NCBI RefSeq assembly: GCF_006345805.1 | Contig: NC_043000.1 | Span: forward strand, 9,858,001-9,922,000 | Reading direction: 5' to 3' | Length of the DNA stretch: 64,000 nt | From: Octopus sinensis | Lineage: Eukaryota | Part shown: positions 24,981 to 39,455 of the stretch, piece by piece | Layout of the letters: each line of letters begins with the position of its first letter | Numbering within the stretch: position 1 is the stretch's first letter | Notes under the pieces: model-generated | What the model was told of the DNA's origin: nothing | Database searches by the model: none | Seen by the model: the letters and a program-made list of their open reading frames with translations, nothing else | Made by a program: the position numbers and the translations under genes

Positions 24981-27811
24981 GCGTGTGTGTGTCTGTGTCT
25001 GTGTGTGTCACGAAGCAGAAGGAAGAAAAGAAGAGTGGTTGAATAGACGAGATAATTGGACTACCAGGTCAAGGATAGTGACCTTATATCTATTGCGGAT
25101 GTTTCAACATACCCAGAAGAGGAGGATATATACATACATACATACATAGATATATGCATGCATACACACACACACATACATACATACGTACATACATAAA
25201 CATGCACACTCACACACACACACACACATACACACGCACGCACGCACGCACGCACGCAAAAGATCTTATGTAATCTTGTTATAGACTCGTTCACCCCAGG
25301 GCTAGACTTGTGTTTATCCTCTTGACTATAGTTCATAATTGCCGTATAACATGTGGATCATCCATTTGGTCGCCCGATCTGCTAGAAATAACAGTAAAAG
25401 CAAATAATCTTCGAATTCCATCTGGATATCTTAGGAAGGTGTCATGTAGTTTAACATGGCACTCAAATCCCTGTATATTGGGAAAAGACGAGGGGCTCAA
25501 TTAGGGAGTACTTTTGATCAAATATCTGCTTAATAAGAGATGACCAAGATTGTCATTTAACAACAACAACATTTTCATTTAGAAAAGCTCTCTATGTGGT
25601 CGTTTAACCTGCTCGACATGCCAGCTAAAGTTCCCTCATTTCATTCACATGACTCCTAAAGGGCATGCGTATCTGTGTATATGTGTCTCTGTGTGTTATA
25701 ACCATCCACATTTATTTTCATACAATCTACCCAGGGGTCAGCATTCACATGCGTCCTCTGTTTTATTTATTTATTCATTTATTATCTATTTATTTATCTA
25801 TTTATTTATTATTTATTTATACTTATTTATCTATTTATCAAAGGCGGCAATGTATGGTTTGATGGCAACTTGACTGTCCTCTGTAGTAGGTCGATCGAAA
25901 TGTCTATATCGAATATTGACATAGTCAGCCAGGTGATTACGAAACTCTCACCTTGCGGATTACATACGTTAGTTCTTTAGTAAAATCCACCCTTTTTACA
26001 TATTGATAACAGAGTCCAAAGTAGCAAGTGATTGTTTTTTGCTGTGGTAGCTGTTGTTTAACCCCTGGTCAGTCTTTAATGGAATAAACGTATGATCAAA
26101 ATTTTAAAAATATTGTAGCAATGGTCATTCCGTTTTTTACTTATGCACAGGGAGTCCAGAAAACCCATCATCCAACAAGTCTTTTACCAAAAACGGCATG
26201 ATGCAAGGAGGCTTATAATCAAAGGATCGAAAACATGCCAGCATATGACCATCATTTTTTTTTTACCTGTGTGCTGGGAATTCAGGAATCACAATAACAA
26301 ACGCGTCCTTTATTAAGGTGTTAGAACGCGATTTGAGGACTATTTGGTTTCTATTTCTAACATAACAAACGCCCAAAGAGAGGCTTCCTCTTTGACTCGG
26401 GAGCAAGGGGTTGTTTATGTTGGTAAAATATCCATTCAGCTAAGTTCACAAAATAGAATTAATTGTTGCTGTTGTTGTTGCTTAAACCCAGGTCGGTCTT
26501 GATCGGGAAGATTTACGATGAAAGACGCTCCAACCGTGTCAATCTATATGATGAGAAGAAATTTGTAATGTTTCCGATAGATTCCTTGTCTAGAGATGAA
26601 TACGAAATATACGGAAATATTCAGATTAACTGGGCGCAAACAGAAATCGCGATATGATGTATGATTGTTGTTATTGATGTTTAATCAGTGAACATCCGTA
26701 ATCGAGTAGACCAATGAACAAAAGCTTTCCAACCGTGACTATACCGTAATTTATCTTTTATTGAGACAGTACATTTTAGAAATCATGATGTGAATTCAAG
26801 GTATTTGGCTGTTATGTCAAGCAGGTTGAGAGATCATATAGACAGTTTTTCTCTCTGACAAGAGTGTTGTTGCTGTTGTTGCTGGTCAGTCTTGATCGAG
26901 AAGACACTTGATTAAGGGCATCCCGACCGTGACCACCTCGTCTTATTTCCTATGTGCAGGGAACCGAGAGCCATATTATATCATGTTACCCCTTCCTAAA
27001 ACGTTCAGGTGTGAATTGAAGGAATAATGGGCTGTTATTTCTTGCAAATTGAATGCCTACGAACATGGTTACCCGCGAGACATGATGGATGGATGGACGG
27101 ATAAATGAGTGGATGGATATAAAGATAGCTAGACAAAACATATAGTCTAACGGACAGACAAACATACAGACGGAGAGCTAGATGGGTGGATATAATAACA
27201 AGACAGCACATAAACGATAACTGGCGGACAAACAGATTGACAGAGAGGCAGACGAACGGTGAGATGAGCGGATGGATAGAAATATAGCTAGACAGAATAA
27301 TATACTCTGACAGACAAACGGATCGACGGGTAGACGGGTGGATGGATAGAAGCTCATATAAGCTCTTACTATAGACGGACGAATAGATAGGAAGACTGAC
27401 ACTGTGACAGACGGACCTACAGACAGGTGGGCCAAAGGAAGAATTAGTATACAATCTCAAAGATGGATAGATTTGTGGCAGTCAGACGGATAGGCAATGA
27501 GGGGACTCTACTGGATAGGCAGCTACACAGACAGACATACAAATAGGAGGACTGGTGGCCTGTAACTTTGTCAGACACATATAAGACAATCGGTGGTTAT
27601 ATTTAGTAGATAAATAGATTTCATAATATAATACAGTGACTAATTCGTTCTTCATTTTAGTCTTGTATTGATTGATTTTAAACTTGTTTAGTTTTATATA
27701 TTTCTCGCTTATGTGTGTGTGTTCAGTGTTCGATACATTCAAATAAATCGATTTACTGTCAATCGGTTTGTTTGGTTTTGAATTCATTATGCTCTGCTTA
27801 TTTCTTCATCG

Positions 27812-27891
<80 letters not shown>

Positions 27892-27893
27892 TA

Positions 27894-28281
27894 TATGTGT
27901 GTGTGTTTGTGTGTGTGAGTGTGTATGTATGTATGCATGTATGTATGTATGTACGTTTGTATGTATGTATGTGTTTGTATGTATTATGTATGTATGTGTT
28001 TGTATGTATTATGTATGTATGTGTTTGTATGTATTATGTATGTATGTACGTTTGTATGTGTGTGCATTATGTATGTGTGTGTGTATGTATGTATGTATGT
28101 ATGTATGTATGTATGTATGTATGTATGTATGTATGGTATGGTATGTATGTATGTATGTTTGTATGTAAGTTTGTATGTATGTATGTGTTTGTATGTATTA
28201 TGTATGTATGTACGTTTGTATGTGTGTGCATGTATGTATGTATGTATGTAAGTTTGTATGTAGTATTTGTTTGTATGTATG

Positions 28282-28312
<31 letters not shown>

Positions 28313-28351
28313 GTTTGTATGTATGTATGTGTTTGTATGTATGTATGTATG

Positions 28352-28385
<34 letters not shown>

Positions 28386-28475
28386 TGTATGTATGTATGT
28401 ATGTATGTATGTATGTATGTATGTATGTATGTATGTATGGTATGGTATGTATGTATGTATGTACGTGTCCATTTT
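27894..28475. repeat. Long compound (ATGT)n microsatellite with higher-order variant units
   Basis: Recurrent GTTTGTATGTATT and ATGGTATGGT variants; source of the 296-aa pseudo-ORF. Confidence 0.95.
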
Positions 28476-28585
28476 CAAATCGGAAGGAATCATCATAAAA
28501 TAAATACGATTTGTCTGTCAGTTTATTTACTTTCACTATCTACCACTCCCTTTTTCTGCTCCCCGTATGTGTGCGTGAGTGTGTT

Positions 28586-28641
<56 letters not shown>

Positions 28642-29059
28642 TGTTTGTGCATCTATAAATAAATATATATATTTATATCTGCATATATCTATATAAATAC
28701 ATTCACATATATATGTGGATGTATATGTCTGTATATATGCATGTTTATATATGTATATATATATGTATGCCTGTATGTATATACAAATATATACATGTAT
28801 GTATGTATGTATGCATTATGCATGTGTGTATATATGTATGTATGTATATACATATATGTTATGTGCGTGTGTATCTGCCAATATATGCGCGCGTGTATCA
28901 GGAGCAGGTGGGAAGAAGCCACATAGATTTCTCGGGTTTCCAAACTATTGTGTTTATGAGCACAGGCATTGTAGTTGTCGCTGTCCGCCTCTGTTATAAA
29001 TGTATGAGATTGTTCCACCAATGGGAACTGACAGAGTCACATAGATGTGAACATTGCTC

Positions 29060-29140
29060 ATTCAAACTTCCACGTGATGGTAGAGGTAAAAATTTCACCT
29101 CTGGGTTAACTTACGAAACGTAGTGTTAAATACCTATATT
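29060..29140 (+). mobile_element. Degenerate HHR-like motif in a probable Penelope pLTR remnant
   Basis: CAC GTGATGG TAGAGG..CCTCT..TTAC GAAAC GTA GTG; GAAAC-GUA and stem I (CAC/GTG) present, core mutated. Confidence 0.35.
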
Positions 29141-29543
29141 TTTTCGCTTATAGGAAACTGTTTTCAAGGATCAGAGAAATCATTGGATGAGAAATCATTG
29201 GATTTCAGGAGATATAGATGTTTTAATGATAATGATTAGATTGATTGAAAGTAAGGATTTGTATCAATGATACTTATTTTTAAATATTTTAATCGATAAT
29301 TTACTACCAAAATCGATAATTTACTACCAAATTATCCCAAATTGTATTGTAGCTCATTAGAAAGAAAAATGGAATTAGGAAGAATTCAGAAAGAAGAAAC
29401 GGCGAATAGGCTAAGAATAATATACATACATACCTATATACATACATACTTACATACATACAGATGTGTTTATGCGTGTATATATATATATATACGTATG
29501 AACGTTTACGCACACACACTTTATATATATATATATACAAATG

Positions 29544-29580
<37 letters not shown>

Positions 29581-29856
29581 ATGTATGGATAGATGAATAT
29601 GATTATGTTTACATATATACACATATACATTTATTTATATAAATATGTTTGTATGCGTCTGTCTTTTTCTGTCTCACTCTTTTACTCTCCCCCTCTCTCT
29701 CTCTCTCTATATATATATATATTATATATATATACATATATGTACACACACATTTATATATATATATATATACATACATATATATATATAGATACATATA
29801 TATATGTATATGTATACACACACATACACAAACACACAAATACACACGCACACTCT

Positions 29857-29888
<32 letters not shown>

Positions 29889-29999
29889 CATAAGCATGTA
29901 CATATACAAGTACATATATATATGCATATAAATATTTACATATATGTAATTGTATGTATACATTCACGCACACACATGCGCGCACACACACACACACAT

Positions 30000-30030
<31 letters not shown>

Positions 30031-30543
30031 CACACACACACACTGAAAAATAATATATTAGCGCGCAATACACAGGGGCATTTTGAAAATATGTATGAAT
30101 GAGAACGAGAATGTGAAGAAGCGAATATGAAAGAAAGAGCAAATAAGAAGAGCAGGAATGAATGAAAGTAACGAAATAATTCCTTCAGCATCAGCAGGAA
30201 TGATAAAGGGAGCATCAGAGTTCTTGCAGTGAGTATAAGGAGCACCAAAAATTCATAGAACTGTGATTTTGCTGCTGTTTAGAATGTAGAATTCGACAAT
30301 TTTCGAATTCTTGATATTTTTAGCTTACGGAAGCGATGTCAGAAACTCTGGTCGGAAGCGCTGACAGCAGAGTAAAAATAGAAGAAAAAAAATATATATA
30401 TATAAGTAAAATAAAAGCAATATATGTATAAATTAAAATAAAAATAACCAGTGAAAGAGAAAGTCTGAGGTGTGAAAGACAAAAACGAAAACGAAGAAGG
30501 AAAAGAAGGAAGGAAGAAATTATAATCAAGAAGTAGGAACGGG

Positions 30544-30578
<35 letters not shown>

Positions 30579-30613
30579 ACTCGAACAACAAGAAATGAAT
30601 TGACAACACTTAC

Positions 30614-30686
30614 ATGTCAATGCATGATCTGCCTCTGAGCTTCCATCAACACTGATTAAAACTGTGTTTGAGTGATGTGCAGACAT
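30614..30686 (-). CDS. First recognisable coding exon of a universal stress protein (USP/UspA-domain) gene
   Basis: MSAHHSNTVLISVDGSSEADHALT matches the USP beta1-alpha1 pattern (hhhhhDGSxxS/AxxAh); phase-1 donor T|GTAAGT after 30614; acceptor TTCTGTATCTCACTCAG ends 7 nt before the ATG. Confidence 0.7.
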
Positions 30687-31005
30687 TCTTTTACTGAGTG
30701 AGATACAGAATTATTCACAGAAAATAGGGAGGTATTATTATTATTATTATTATTATTATTAAATAATAGTTTTTTTTTCTTTTCTTTTCTTTTCTTTTCT
30801 TTATTTTTTTTTTACCGAACACGTTCCTTTTTTTTTGTTGATGTTGTTGTTGTTGTTTTTTTTAACGAAGAAGGTACACAGTGGCGTTTCCTCGCGAATT
30901 TTTTTCACTTTTGTTAGTGATGGCGGTGATTAAATTTCAAGTAATAACAACACAACAACAATAACTGTTCAAATCTCTTTAAAAATAAACGACTCTTCAG
31001 TAGTC

Positions 31006-31053
<48 letters not shown>

Positions 31054-32191
31054 TAGTTGTAGCTCTTGTTGTTATTTAGGATTTTGTTGTAGGTGTTGTT
31101 TGTTATTGCCGTTTGCTGCTGCTAGAGTTGTTTTGTGCATTAGTTTTCTTCCGTGATACCTCCGCTTCTCATTGAACAATTTAGTCTTGAATTTCCTTAT
31201 AGTAAAATATACGTCGAAATGTTCCTTGGTCACTTTGAATTTAACACCAAATATACCGAAATAATCTCCGTTTTCTCAATAAATGAATGAAGCTCCGCGC
31301 GTCTAAGTGTCGTGTAAGCAGTACAATAAATATGAACACACGTGTAAAATATCTAAATAATATGTAAATAATATGTGTATATATATAGCACTACTTTTTG
31401 TGTGTGTTTGGAAGAAAAAGGATCAGCGTTAGGTATGTTAAAGTTGGTGCATGTAATAAAATGGTAGATAAAATAATAACAGTAATGAAAAGACAACACT
31501 ACAAAAGCTGTGTTTGATGTGAAAAGCGGCGGCTACCTCGCTAGTTTCAGCTATAGATTGAGAGAAACTAGCAGTAACGAATAGATTACGACGAAAGAAG
31601 GCAAAACGAAAACATAATATGCAATAATCAGTGCCTGCTGGAACGGTTGTGCGCGTGTGTGGATGAGAATGAAGCTAGATACAGAGGGGAGTAGAAAGAG
31701 GAGGAGAGAGAGAGAGACAGAGAGAGAGAGAGAAGGATGAGAGGGTGTTACACAGGGTGGGAGAAAGAGGGAAATGGAGAGAGGAGGAGGAGGAGGAGGA
31801 AGTGAGAGAAATAGAGTTACAGAGTGAGGGAGAGAGAGAGAGAGAGAGAAAGAGGAGTGTATTCTTATATACCTACCTATATACATATACATATATATAT
31901 ATATGTATATGTTTGTATACACACACACATATAAACATACACAAACACACACACACATATATATATGTTTAATGTTGAGTATCGGAAGAGTACTCGATGC
32001 CATATTAGAGATGAGTAACATTTTTATTTTGGTTGAGTGCATTTCAAGCTACTCTGAGTTCCGCCCGTGGAGTATACAGGGTCTTCAAGCAAGTCGAGAG
32101 TTATGTGTGTATGTGTGTGTAAGAGGCAGAGAAAGAGAGTGTGTATGTGTGTGCGTATATGTATATGTCTACATATCTATGCATATGCATA

Positions 32192-32238
<47 letters not shown>

Positions 32239-32254
32239 CGTTGGTGATTTTCTT

Positions 32255-32415
32255 TCCCGTTTTCCCTTCCTTCCATTCCCTTTCCTTTTTCTATGTTCCT
32301 AACGAAGAGCTCCGCTCGAAACGTTAAATCCTCCTTCTTTCTTTCCTTTCCTTACCGTCCAATAACACTATAACTTGTTCCACGTCCTCGCATTGTTGAG
32401 TTTTCATGTTTCGAT

Positions 32416-32418
<3 letters not shown>
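32255..32418 (+). mobile_element. Short pLTR-like element (family Y) with degenerate HHR motif, ending at (TA)n
   Basis: CTAACGA A GAGC-TCC-GCTC GAAAC GTT at 32299-32325; G5 replaced by A. Confidence 0.45.
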
Positions 32419-32491
<73 letters not shown>

Positions 32492-32835
32492 TACACACAT
32501 ATATACGTATGTATATATATGTATATATGTATATATATATGTGTATATGTGAGTATATATATATATATGTACATATATAGACATACATAAATATATACAA
32601 GCATATATATATATATATGTGTATATACAGATATATACATACATATATAATATATATACATATACACACACACACACATACACACATATATTAGTGTTGT
32701 GAGCGCATATAAGTGGGGTTTAATCTCTTTGAAAGTCATGTGGACCCATGTGAAATTTCAAGTTCACCTGGTGTAATTTTATATCTATCTATTTATCTAT
32801 CAATCCATCTCTCTCTCTCCCTCTCCCTCTCCCTC

Positions 32836-32885
<50 letters not shown>

Positions 32886-32891
<6 letters not shown>

Positions 32892-33087
32892 AAGGGAAGG
32901 TTTATGAAATAAACAAAAGATGAAGGCAGGTGGAGTACAAACAAACAATGTATTAGTATGGCGCTTAGGAATAGAAATAAAACAAGTCTTTTACGTTTCG
33001 AGCCTACGCTCTTCGACAGAAAGATACACAGAAAAGAAACAAGGAGAGAAAAAAATTGCGTGTAGGGGCTAACGATCCAACATGGCG

Positions 33088-33090
<3 letters not shown>
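32886..33090 (-). mobile_element. Family X pLTR-like element, flanked by (TA)n on both sides
   Basis: Minus TCTTT CTGTCGA A GAGC GTAG GCTC GAAAC GTA AAAGA at 32988-33023. Confidence 0.65.
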
Positions 33091-33139
<49 letters not shown>

Positions 33140-33997
33140 ATATATATACATATGTATGTTTTTGTGTGTGCGCATGTATGTGTGTGTATATGTATATACA
33201 TAAATATACATATATATGTATGTATTTATAAATATATATATATGTGTGTGTATGTGTGTGGTGTGTGCATGGTGCTTCTTCATATATTATGTTTGTATGT
33301 GTGTGTGTAGTTTTAAGTGAATACAAAACTAGGTGAGTGGAGGTGAAAGTTTAGAAACAATTACGAAAGTAACATATTTGATTTCTTTTATCTAAAATAC
33401 ATAGAAAAATCAAACTGTTTTCTATTTCCATAGATCAGCTGCTAATGTAGGCGTTGTTTAACCCAATGTCATTCATAATCAAGCAGATTTCTGACCAAAT
33501 ATGTTCCATCTGCTGCCGTCTGTCATCATTATTTTTAGCAGTAATTCAGTTATTAGTGACTGTATCTCATTCGATACCCTGACCCCAATGTTTGTTTTGT
33601 CTGTCCTCGTACCGTCACCTCTTTTTCTCAACCTCATGGCTAATAAAGAAATTGACTGTTCCCCACACATTAATGTTCACCAAGTGATTAGGGATACCCT
33701 CACACAAGGGAGATAACTAAAATATTCATTTTCTTCACAACTAATGACACTCGTTAAGTTGAGTTTCATATTGTGTCGTGCCACAGCACAGGGACGTGAC
33801 GTCTGAATAGGCAAGGTCCGCTGTAACCGCGTTAACTAAAATTAGAAACGAGAGACTGTGTCCTTACCATAATTAATGTTTACATACCAGTGACCAATAA
33901 TGTGTTTAATATGTAAATTGTTCCATCCGGTTATGATACATCGCTAAACTTAGAGGCTATTTAAGCAATGCGTTTGTAGATAGCTGATGTGTTGGAT

Positions 33998-34235
33998 TTA
34001 CTACTGATGAAAGTGCAATAACTCTTGAAATGTGCATATATACCTCTTACCTATTTTTTCTATCATCGATTGCTTTGTTTACATACACATATTCGTTTAG
34101 GAAACTTAGTAACTGACATACACAGAGCAAACACAAAGCACAAGAAAAATAACATCAGAGGACAGATATATTTTAGCTTTACTACAATGAAAAAGCATCC
34201 TAAAGTTTCGGATGTGAGTCCTTCTTCAGAAAGAA
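33998..34235. ncRNA. Two convergent HHR-like motifs (34004-34038 +, 34198-34232 -), imperfect
   Basis: +: CTGATGA AAG..CTT GAAA TGTGC AUA with weak stem I; -: CTGAAGA A GGA-CTCACA-TCC GAAAC TTT, one base from GAAACGTT. Confidence 0.35.
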
Positions 34236-35311
34236 AGATATATGGAGGAAATGAGAAAAAGGAATAGTCATTGGTATTTGTGTATGTGAGCATGTGTGTG
34301 CGTGTGTGTGAGAGAGAGAGAGAGCGTGCATAAGAAAGCGTGTGTGAGTGTGTGTGTGTGTATCTGTGTGTGTGTATGAGAGAGAGAGAGAGAGGGAGAG
34401 AGAGAGAGGAAGAGAGAAAGTGAAAGGAGAGTTACATACAAGATGGGGAGTATATGCACATCAACACATAAACACAGAATTTTGTATGTAGAATTTTATA
34501 TTGTCACAATATTTATTTACATGCTGGTCCCATAGGGATAAAGCCTTTTAGCCGCAAAATTTACGGTATTAACGCTAGCTATAATGAAACGATATATGCA
34601 TAAACCTACCAACTAACGAGCTCTGTTGTTTCTTCTAATGTTTATAGCTTGTAAACAAACTAAGTTTTTATGTCAACATTATTATAAATAAAGCTCTGAA
34701 GGGGGATTGTTAATTTAGACACAACCAATAGATGTTAAGTGGATTATTACAGCGTGTATGTCTGTATAATTAAAACGTACAGTCTTGCGTTACTTAAGCA
34801 GATTGCAGGTGATAATTGTGTCGCTAAAAGCTAACACAGCCAAAGAAAATACATACTCACCATGTAAATATCGATCGAAAAATTTAAATTTAAATTTTTC
34901 TTTATATATTTACCACATATAAAGCAAGCATTACTCTTAAGCGTAATAAAATTGATGAGTTTAACCCGCTTCCTGCTGCGTACAATTATTCAACACGACT
35001 TCATTGATCTACAATTGATTATAACGTTGATATTTAACGTTGACATCACAACAGCAGCCCACCTATTCTCAATAGTTTGGACAATAACGGATTTTCTGAA
35101 AGAATTTCCAGAAATGTAATACCATTTTTTTGACGAACACTCCAGTAAAATTCCTCACACTGTTGATATGTGAACACATACATACGCATACATACGCATA
35201 CATACGCACACTCTCGCACATACACGAAAACACGCACACACACACACACAGACATACACACAATAAAACTAGCAGTTTTTTTTTAATTTCAACCATTTGA
35301 TAACATATAAC

Positions 35312-35545
35312 GAGCATGGCTGTGTGGTTAAAAAGCTCACTTTGCAGCCCTATGGTTTCGGGTTCAGTCCCACTGTGCGGCATTTTGAACCAATGTCAAG
35401 TGAGCAAATTTGGTAGATGTAAACTGTGTGGAAGCCCATCCTATATACACATGCATACATGCATCCTTGCATACTTTAAAAGATACGTACTAGGTTCGAT
35501 TTGTTCGACTACACACTTCAAGGTATGGCCGCTGTCCAATGACTA
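35312..35545 (+). mobile_element. SINE family C, internally deleted
   Basis: GCATGGCTGTGTGGTTAAAAAGC...GGGTTCAGTCCCACTGTGCGGC. Confidence 0.7.
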
Positions 35546-35629
35546 GAGAAAGTGAGTTTTGTATATATATATATGTGTGTGTGTATATATATATGTGTGT
35601 GTGTGTATATATATATATATATGTATGTA

Positions 35630-35755
35630 TTGGCCTGCTCGCTTAGCCTGCGGGGTGACGTCATTTAAAGGCTAAAACAATGCGAAGTACATTGTGACCA
35701 GCGATGTGTAACAACATCTGATAGCCTGGTCGATCACGCTGATCATGGGGATATA
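35630..35755 (+). mobile_element. 5'-truncated SINE, RTE-like tail only
   Basis: TGGCCTGCTCGCTTAGCC...TTGTGACCAGCGATGTG...GGTCGATCACG matches the 3' half of 47182-47455. Confidence 0.75.
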
Positions 35756-36293
35756 TACTGTATAAAGGATGAAAATTAATCTCTCTTTAAAAACATTCTA
35801 ACGTAATATATTGCGGAACTTTCTGATAACGGAACCGTTTCTGCCTGCTTTCGTTCTGTGTTCTGTGTTACAGTGTTACAATTTCCTGCTGGAAATGTAG
35901 CCGACACAACAATTTTCTGCTTATCTGAAACCGTTTTATCTCTCTGCCTCCCTCCATTCCTCCTCTCTCAGTCTTTGTACAGTAGAGATCCATTTCCGCT
36001 TATCCGACTCTCTGACCAATTCTAATTCGTGAAAGCAATCTCTTGATTTAACCGAGTATCTCATTTCCCTTTAGCTATAAATCCAAGGTCCTTTCTTTAT
36101 ATTTAGACATATTACAACATATTACAACTTATTACGTAGAGTAAGATATATTACGGTAACGATTTAATACAACCACGTTGAATCGTCGTTAGCGGTTTGT
36201 TTATATAACCGACACGATGTATTAAAAGACGTAAATACATATGGAAATACAGTGTACATTTAATTTCTTTGGCCGCTGCTTATAGTTTCTGTG

Positions 36294-36676
36294 TGGAGGC
36301 GCAATGGCCCAGTGGTTAGGGCAGCGGACTCATGGTCATAGGATCGCGGTTTCGATTCCCAGACCGGGCGTTGTGAGTGTTTATTGAGCGAAAACACCTA
36401 AAGCTCCACGAGGCTCCGGCAGGGATGGTGGTGATCCCTGCTGTACTCTTTCACCACAACTTTCTCTCACTCTTACTTCCTGTTTCTGTTGTACCTGTAT
36501 TTCAAAGGGCCGGCCTTGTCACTCTCTGTGTCACTCTGAATATCCCCGAGAACTACGTTAAGGGTTCACGTGTCTGTGGAGTGCTCAGCCACTTACACGT
36601 TAATTTCACGAGCAGGCTGTTCCGTTGATTCGGATCAACCGGAACCCTCGTCATCGTAACCGGCGGAGTGCTTCCC
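36294..36676 (+). mobile_element. Full-length SINE family B with a 12-bp TSD
   Basis: GGAGGCGCAATGGCCCAGTGGTTAGGGCAGCGG...GGTTTCGATTCCC; ATAGTTTCTGTG at 36282-36293 and 36677-36688. Confidence 0.9.
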
Positions 36677-37958
36677 ATAGTTTCTGTGATCAGTGAATAC
36701 ATTTATTTTGTTGTTAATTTGATTATTATTTGAAGAGCTATGAAGGTTATGTAGTGTTTAGAGATGCAGTGATTTGAGTCATAATGAGCTGGAAATGTTG
36801 GATGAAATAGCAGGTCAAAGATGGGTAGCGCATCGGACGTATCTTCGGGTTATATGCAGTTTGCGTTCCGTAAGTTCTAAGTTCAAATCTCGTCTTAACT
36901 CTTAATCGACTTAACCTTTAATCCTTCTTGTGTTACCAGTCGAGTATTCTAGATCAATTACCGTATTTTAACGTGTATAAGGAACCCTTTTTTTGTCAAA
37001 AATTAGATTTAAAAGATATCGCAGTTTCTTGTACATGGATAGTATTATAATCCCTTACAAAACCCCTTTTTCCAAATTTTAAGCCCAAAACGTTAGGGGG
37101 TTCCTTATTCACGTTAATATACGGGAAATTAAACCACGTCATTTTCATATAAAAATATTTCACGTTTGTGTCTATGTTATAAAAAATAATGAAAAACATT
37201 ACTTAAAATCCTGAAGTCTATTGATTTTTATGTAATTTAAGTCCTCTTAGAATATTCAATTGTATTTTATATTAGGCTGCACGACTTGTCTTTTGAAGCT
37301 GTGATCACTCGGTAAGATTGATACAGTTTGATATTTACAGTTTAAAATTTTGTAACTGCTCAAAGGTGGTATTTTTGTTAGTCGTGATAAGGAAACATGG
37401 AGTTATTGGGCAACGAATTTTTAGAACGAATTTTGCAGCAGATATACAATTGACAGGCATGCGAGTTCGTGTTAGGTGGCTAGAGAAGCAGTTAGTGAAA
37501 ATGACCGACATTCTGTAGATGGTGAATGATATGATCCTGAATACACATGTATATCACGGATGTTATCTGAACGGTACTTGAATATTGCTCCTAATTATTC
37601 TTTGTAAATGGTCATCTGTTGTTCGAAGCTGAGGAATGTTCTGAGACACAGTTTGGTGATACCTTTTTGGAAAAGATCCTCAGAAATTATATGGTCTAAG
37701 ACATAGTGTTGGGAGAAAATCTGGAGGTTTTTCAGTTGTGTGTTGTTCATGATTGATGAGTGTGTTTGCTACACTTGTGTATAAACAGTGTACTGTTAAA
37801 TGAAAGTAGTATCTAATCGAAACGTGAAACCTCAGTTGGCTATTTACAAGATTCCTGTTCATAAAGGTTGTGCATGGCTAAGAAATTTCGTATGACTAAG
37901 GTATCTCATCAAGGAGATATGAAGAGTGGTCTCATTTATATTGGAAGGAATTATGAAA

Positions 37959-39455
37959 GTAGTGGTAGTAGCAGTGACTCAAGTAGGGTAGAAAAGGTAT
38001 GCAAGCCAGTCAGATGAGAGATTTGTTGCGTAAATGCAGAGCTGGAGTCAAAGTAGAGAGTGAATATCATGGCTACATCATATAAGTAATACTTACAGAG
38101 TCATTTGGATTGAGGACAAGGGTTTCTGTGGTGGATTGAACCATAGTCGCCTGCGTGAAGGTAGGAATACCATTGCGACAAAGAAAAACAGCAAACTAGG
38201 AGAATAGGGAATTTGAAAATTGTGCACGAAAACAAAAATCTCCTTTGATTATCCTTAATCAAACATCTCTCTGTTTATACACAAGTATAGCAAACACACT
38301 CATCAATCGTGAACAACACACAACTGGAAAATCTTATCAAGAAGATATGAAGAGTGGTCTCATTTATATTGGAAGGAATAATGAAAGAGCGTGTAGAAGA
38401 AAGAAGTTGAGACGTAACCAAATTTTGAAGCACGCTATTGATGACAGAGGAGGTATCTGAAAAAGCACAATTGACAGGTATTGATGTCACCGGCAAGGAA
38501 GCCTTTCATCCAAGCAGAGAGGTGATTTACTCGAATATTCTCACAGCGTCAAAACCGAGTTTACTTCCATCTTTTCATTCGTCTCATGAGCATGAGACTA
38601 TATGTGTGTGTCCTAAGGCAACACATTTACTATGGAAATAGCCAGACGGAATATGTACTGATCTTCACTAGCGACGGAAAAATCTTCAAGTTATGTAAGT
38701 ACGTGAGTGAAAGCAAATAGTTTGCATGATAATAGAATTATCTTATTTGGAAATAGGATCCTCTTGAGCGCGTTATCATTATACTGTACAGATACACAGA
38801 AACAAAAAGAAATGTTGACGTGTTTGATAAGGATACCTTTTAGATCAAATGAAAATTTTCTGAGGTGGTTGTTGGAAACCACTTCATTAGAACTAAGCGA
38901 GCGAACACGTAGTGGTAGTAGCAGTGATTCAAGTAGGGTAGAAAACGTATGCAAGCCAGTCAGATGAGAGATTTGTTACGTAGGAGTCAAAGTAGAGAGT
39001 GAACATCATTGCTACGTCATATAAGTAATACTTACAGAGTCATTTGGATTGAGGGACAATGGTTTCCGTTGTGGGTTGAACCTTGGTCGCCTGCGTGAAG
39101 GTAGGAATACCTACTTCTTTACTACCCACAAGAGGCTAAACACAGAGAGGACAAATAAGGACAGACAAACGGATTAAGTCGATTATATCGATCCCAGTGC
39201 GTAACTGGTACTTAATTTATCGACCCCGAAAGGATGACAGGCAAAATCGACCTCGGCGGAATTTGAACTCAGAACGTAACGGCAGACGAAATACGGCTAC
39301 GCATTTCGCCCGGCGTGCTAACGTTTCTGCCAGCTCGCCGCCCCTGAAGGTAGGAATACCATTGTGACAAAAAAAAAAAAAAAACACTGGGAATTCGAAA
39401 ATTGCGCACGAAGAAAAAAAAAATCTCTTTTGCTCACCCTCAAGCAAACATTTCT
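37959..39455 (+). repeat. Local ~310-bp duplication (37959-38270 and 38909-39455), second copy carrying a SINE
   Basis: GTAGTGGTAGTAGCAGTGA...GTCGCCTGCGTGAAGGTAGGAATACC occurs in both copies. Confidence 0.85.
39112..39344 (-). mobile_element. Young family A SINE with a 16-bp TSD
   Basis: TGAAGGTAGGAATACC at 39096-39111 and 39345-39360; single copy at the paralogous site 38156-38171. Confidence 0.9.

Noticed and set aside
25020-25115. Minus-strand GGTATGTTGAAAC resembling USP exon 2 (WYVE..)
   Set aside because: No AG acceptor precedes it and the frame stops after 16 codons.
27768-28658. 296-aa ORF and the other long ORFs rich in YVCM/HTYI/IYLS (e.g. 43721-44458)
   Set aside because: They are translations of (ATGT)n, (CA)n and (CTAT)n microsatellites.
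36294-36370. tRNA genes at SINE heads
   Set aside because: Box A/B are present but there is no complete cloverleaf or acceptor stem; they continue into SINE bodies with TSDs.
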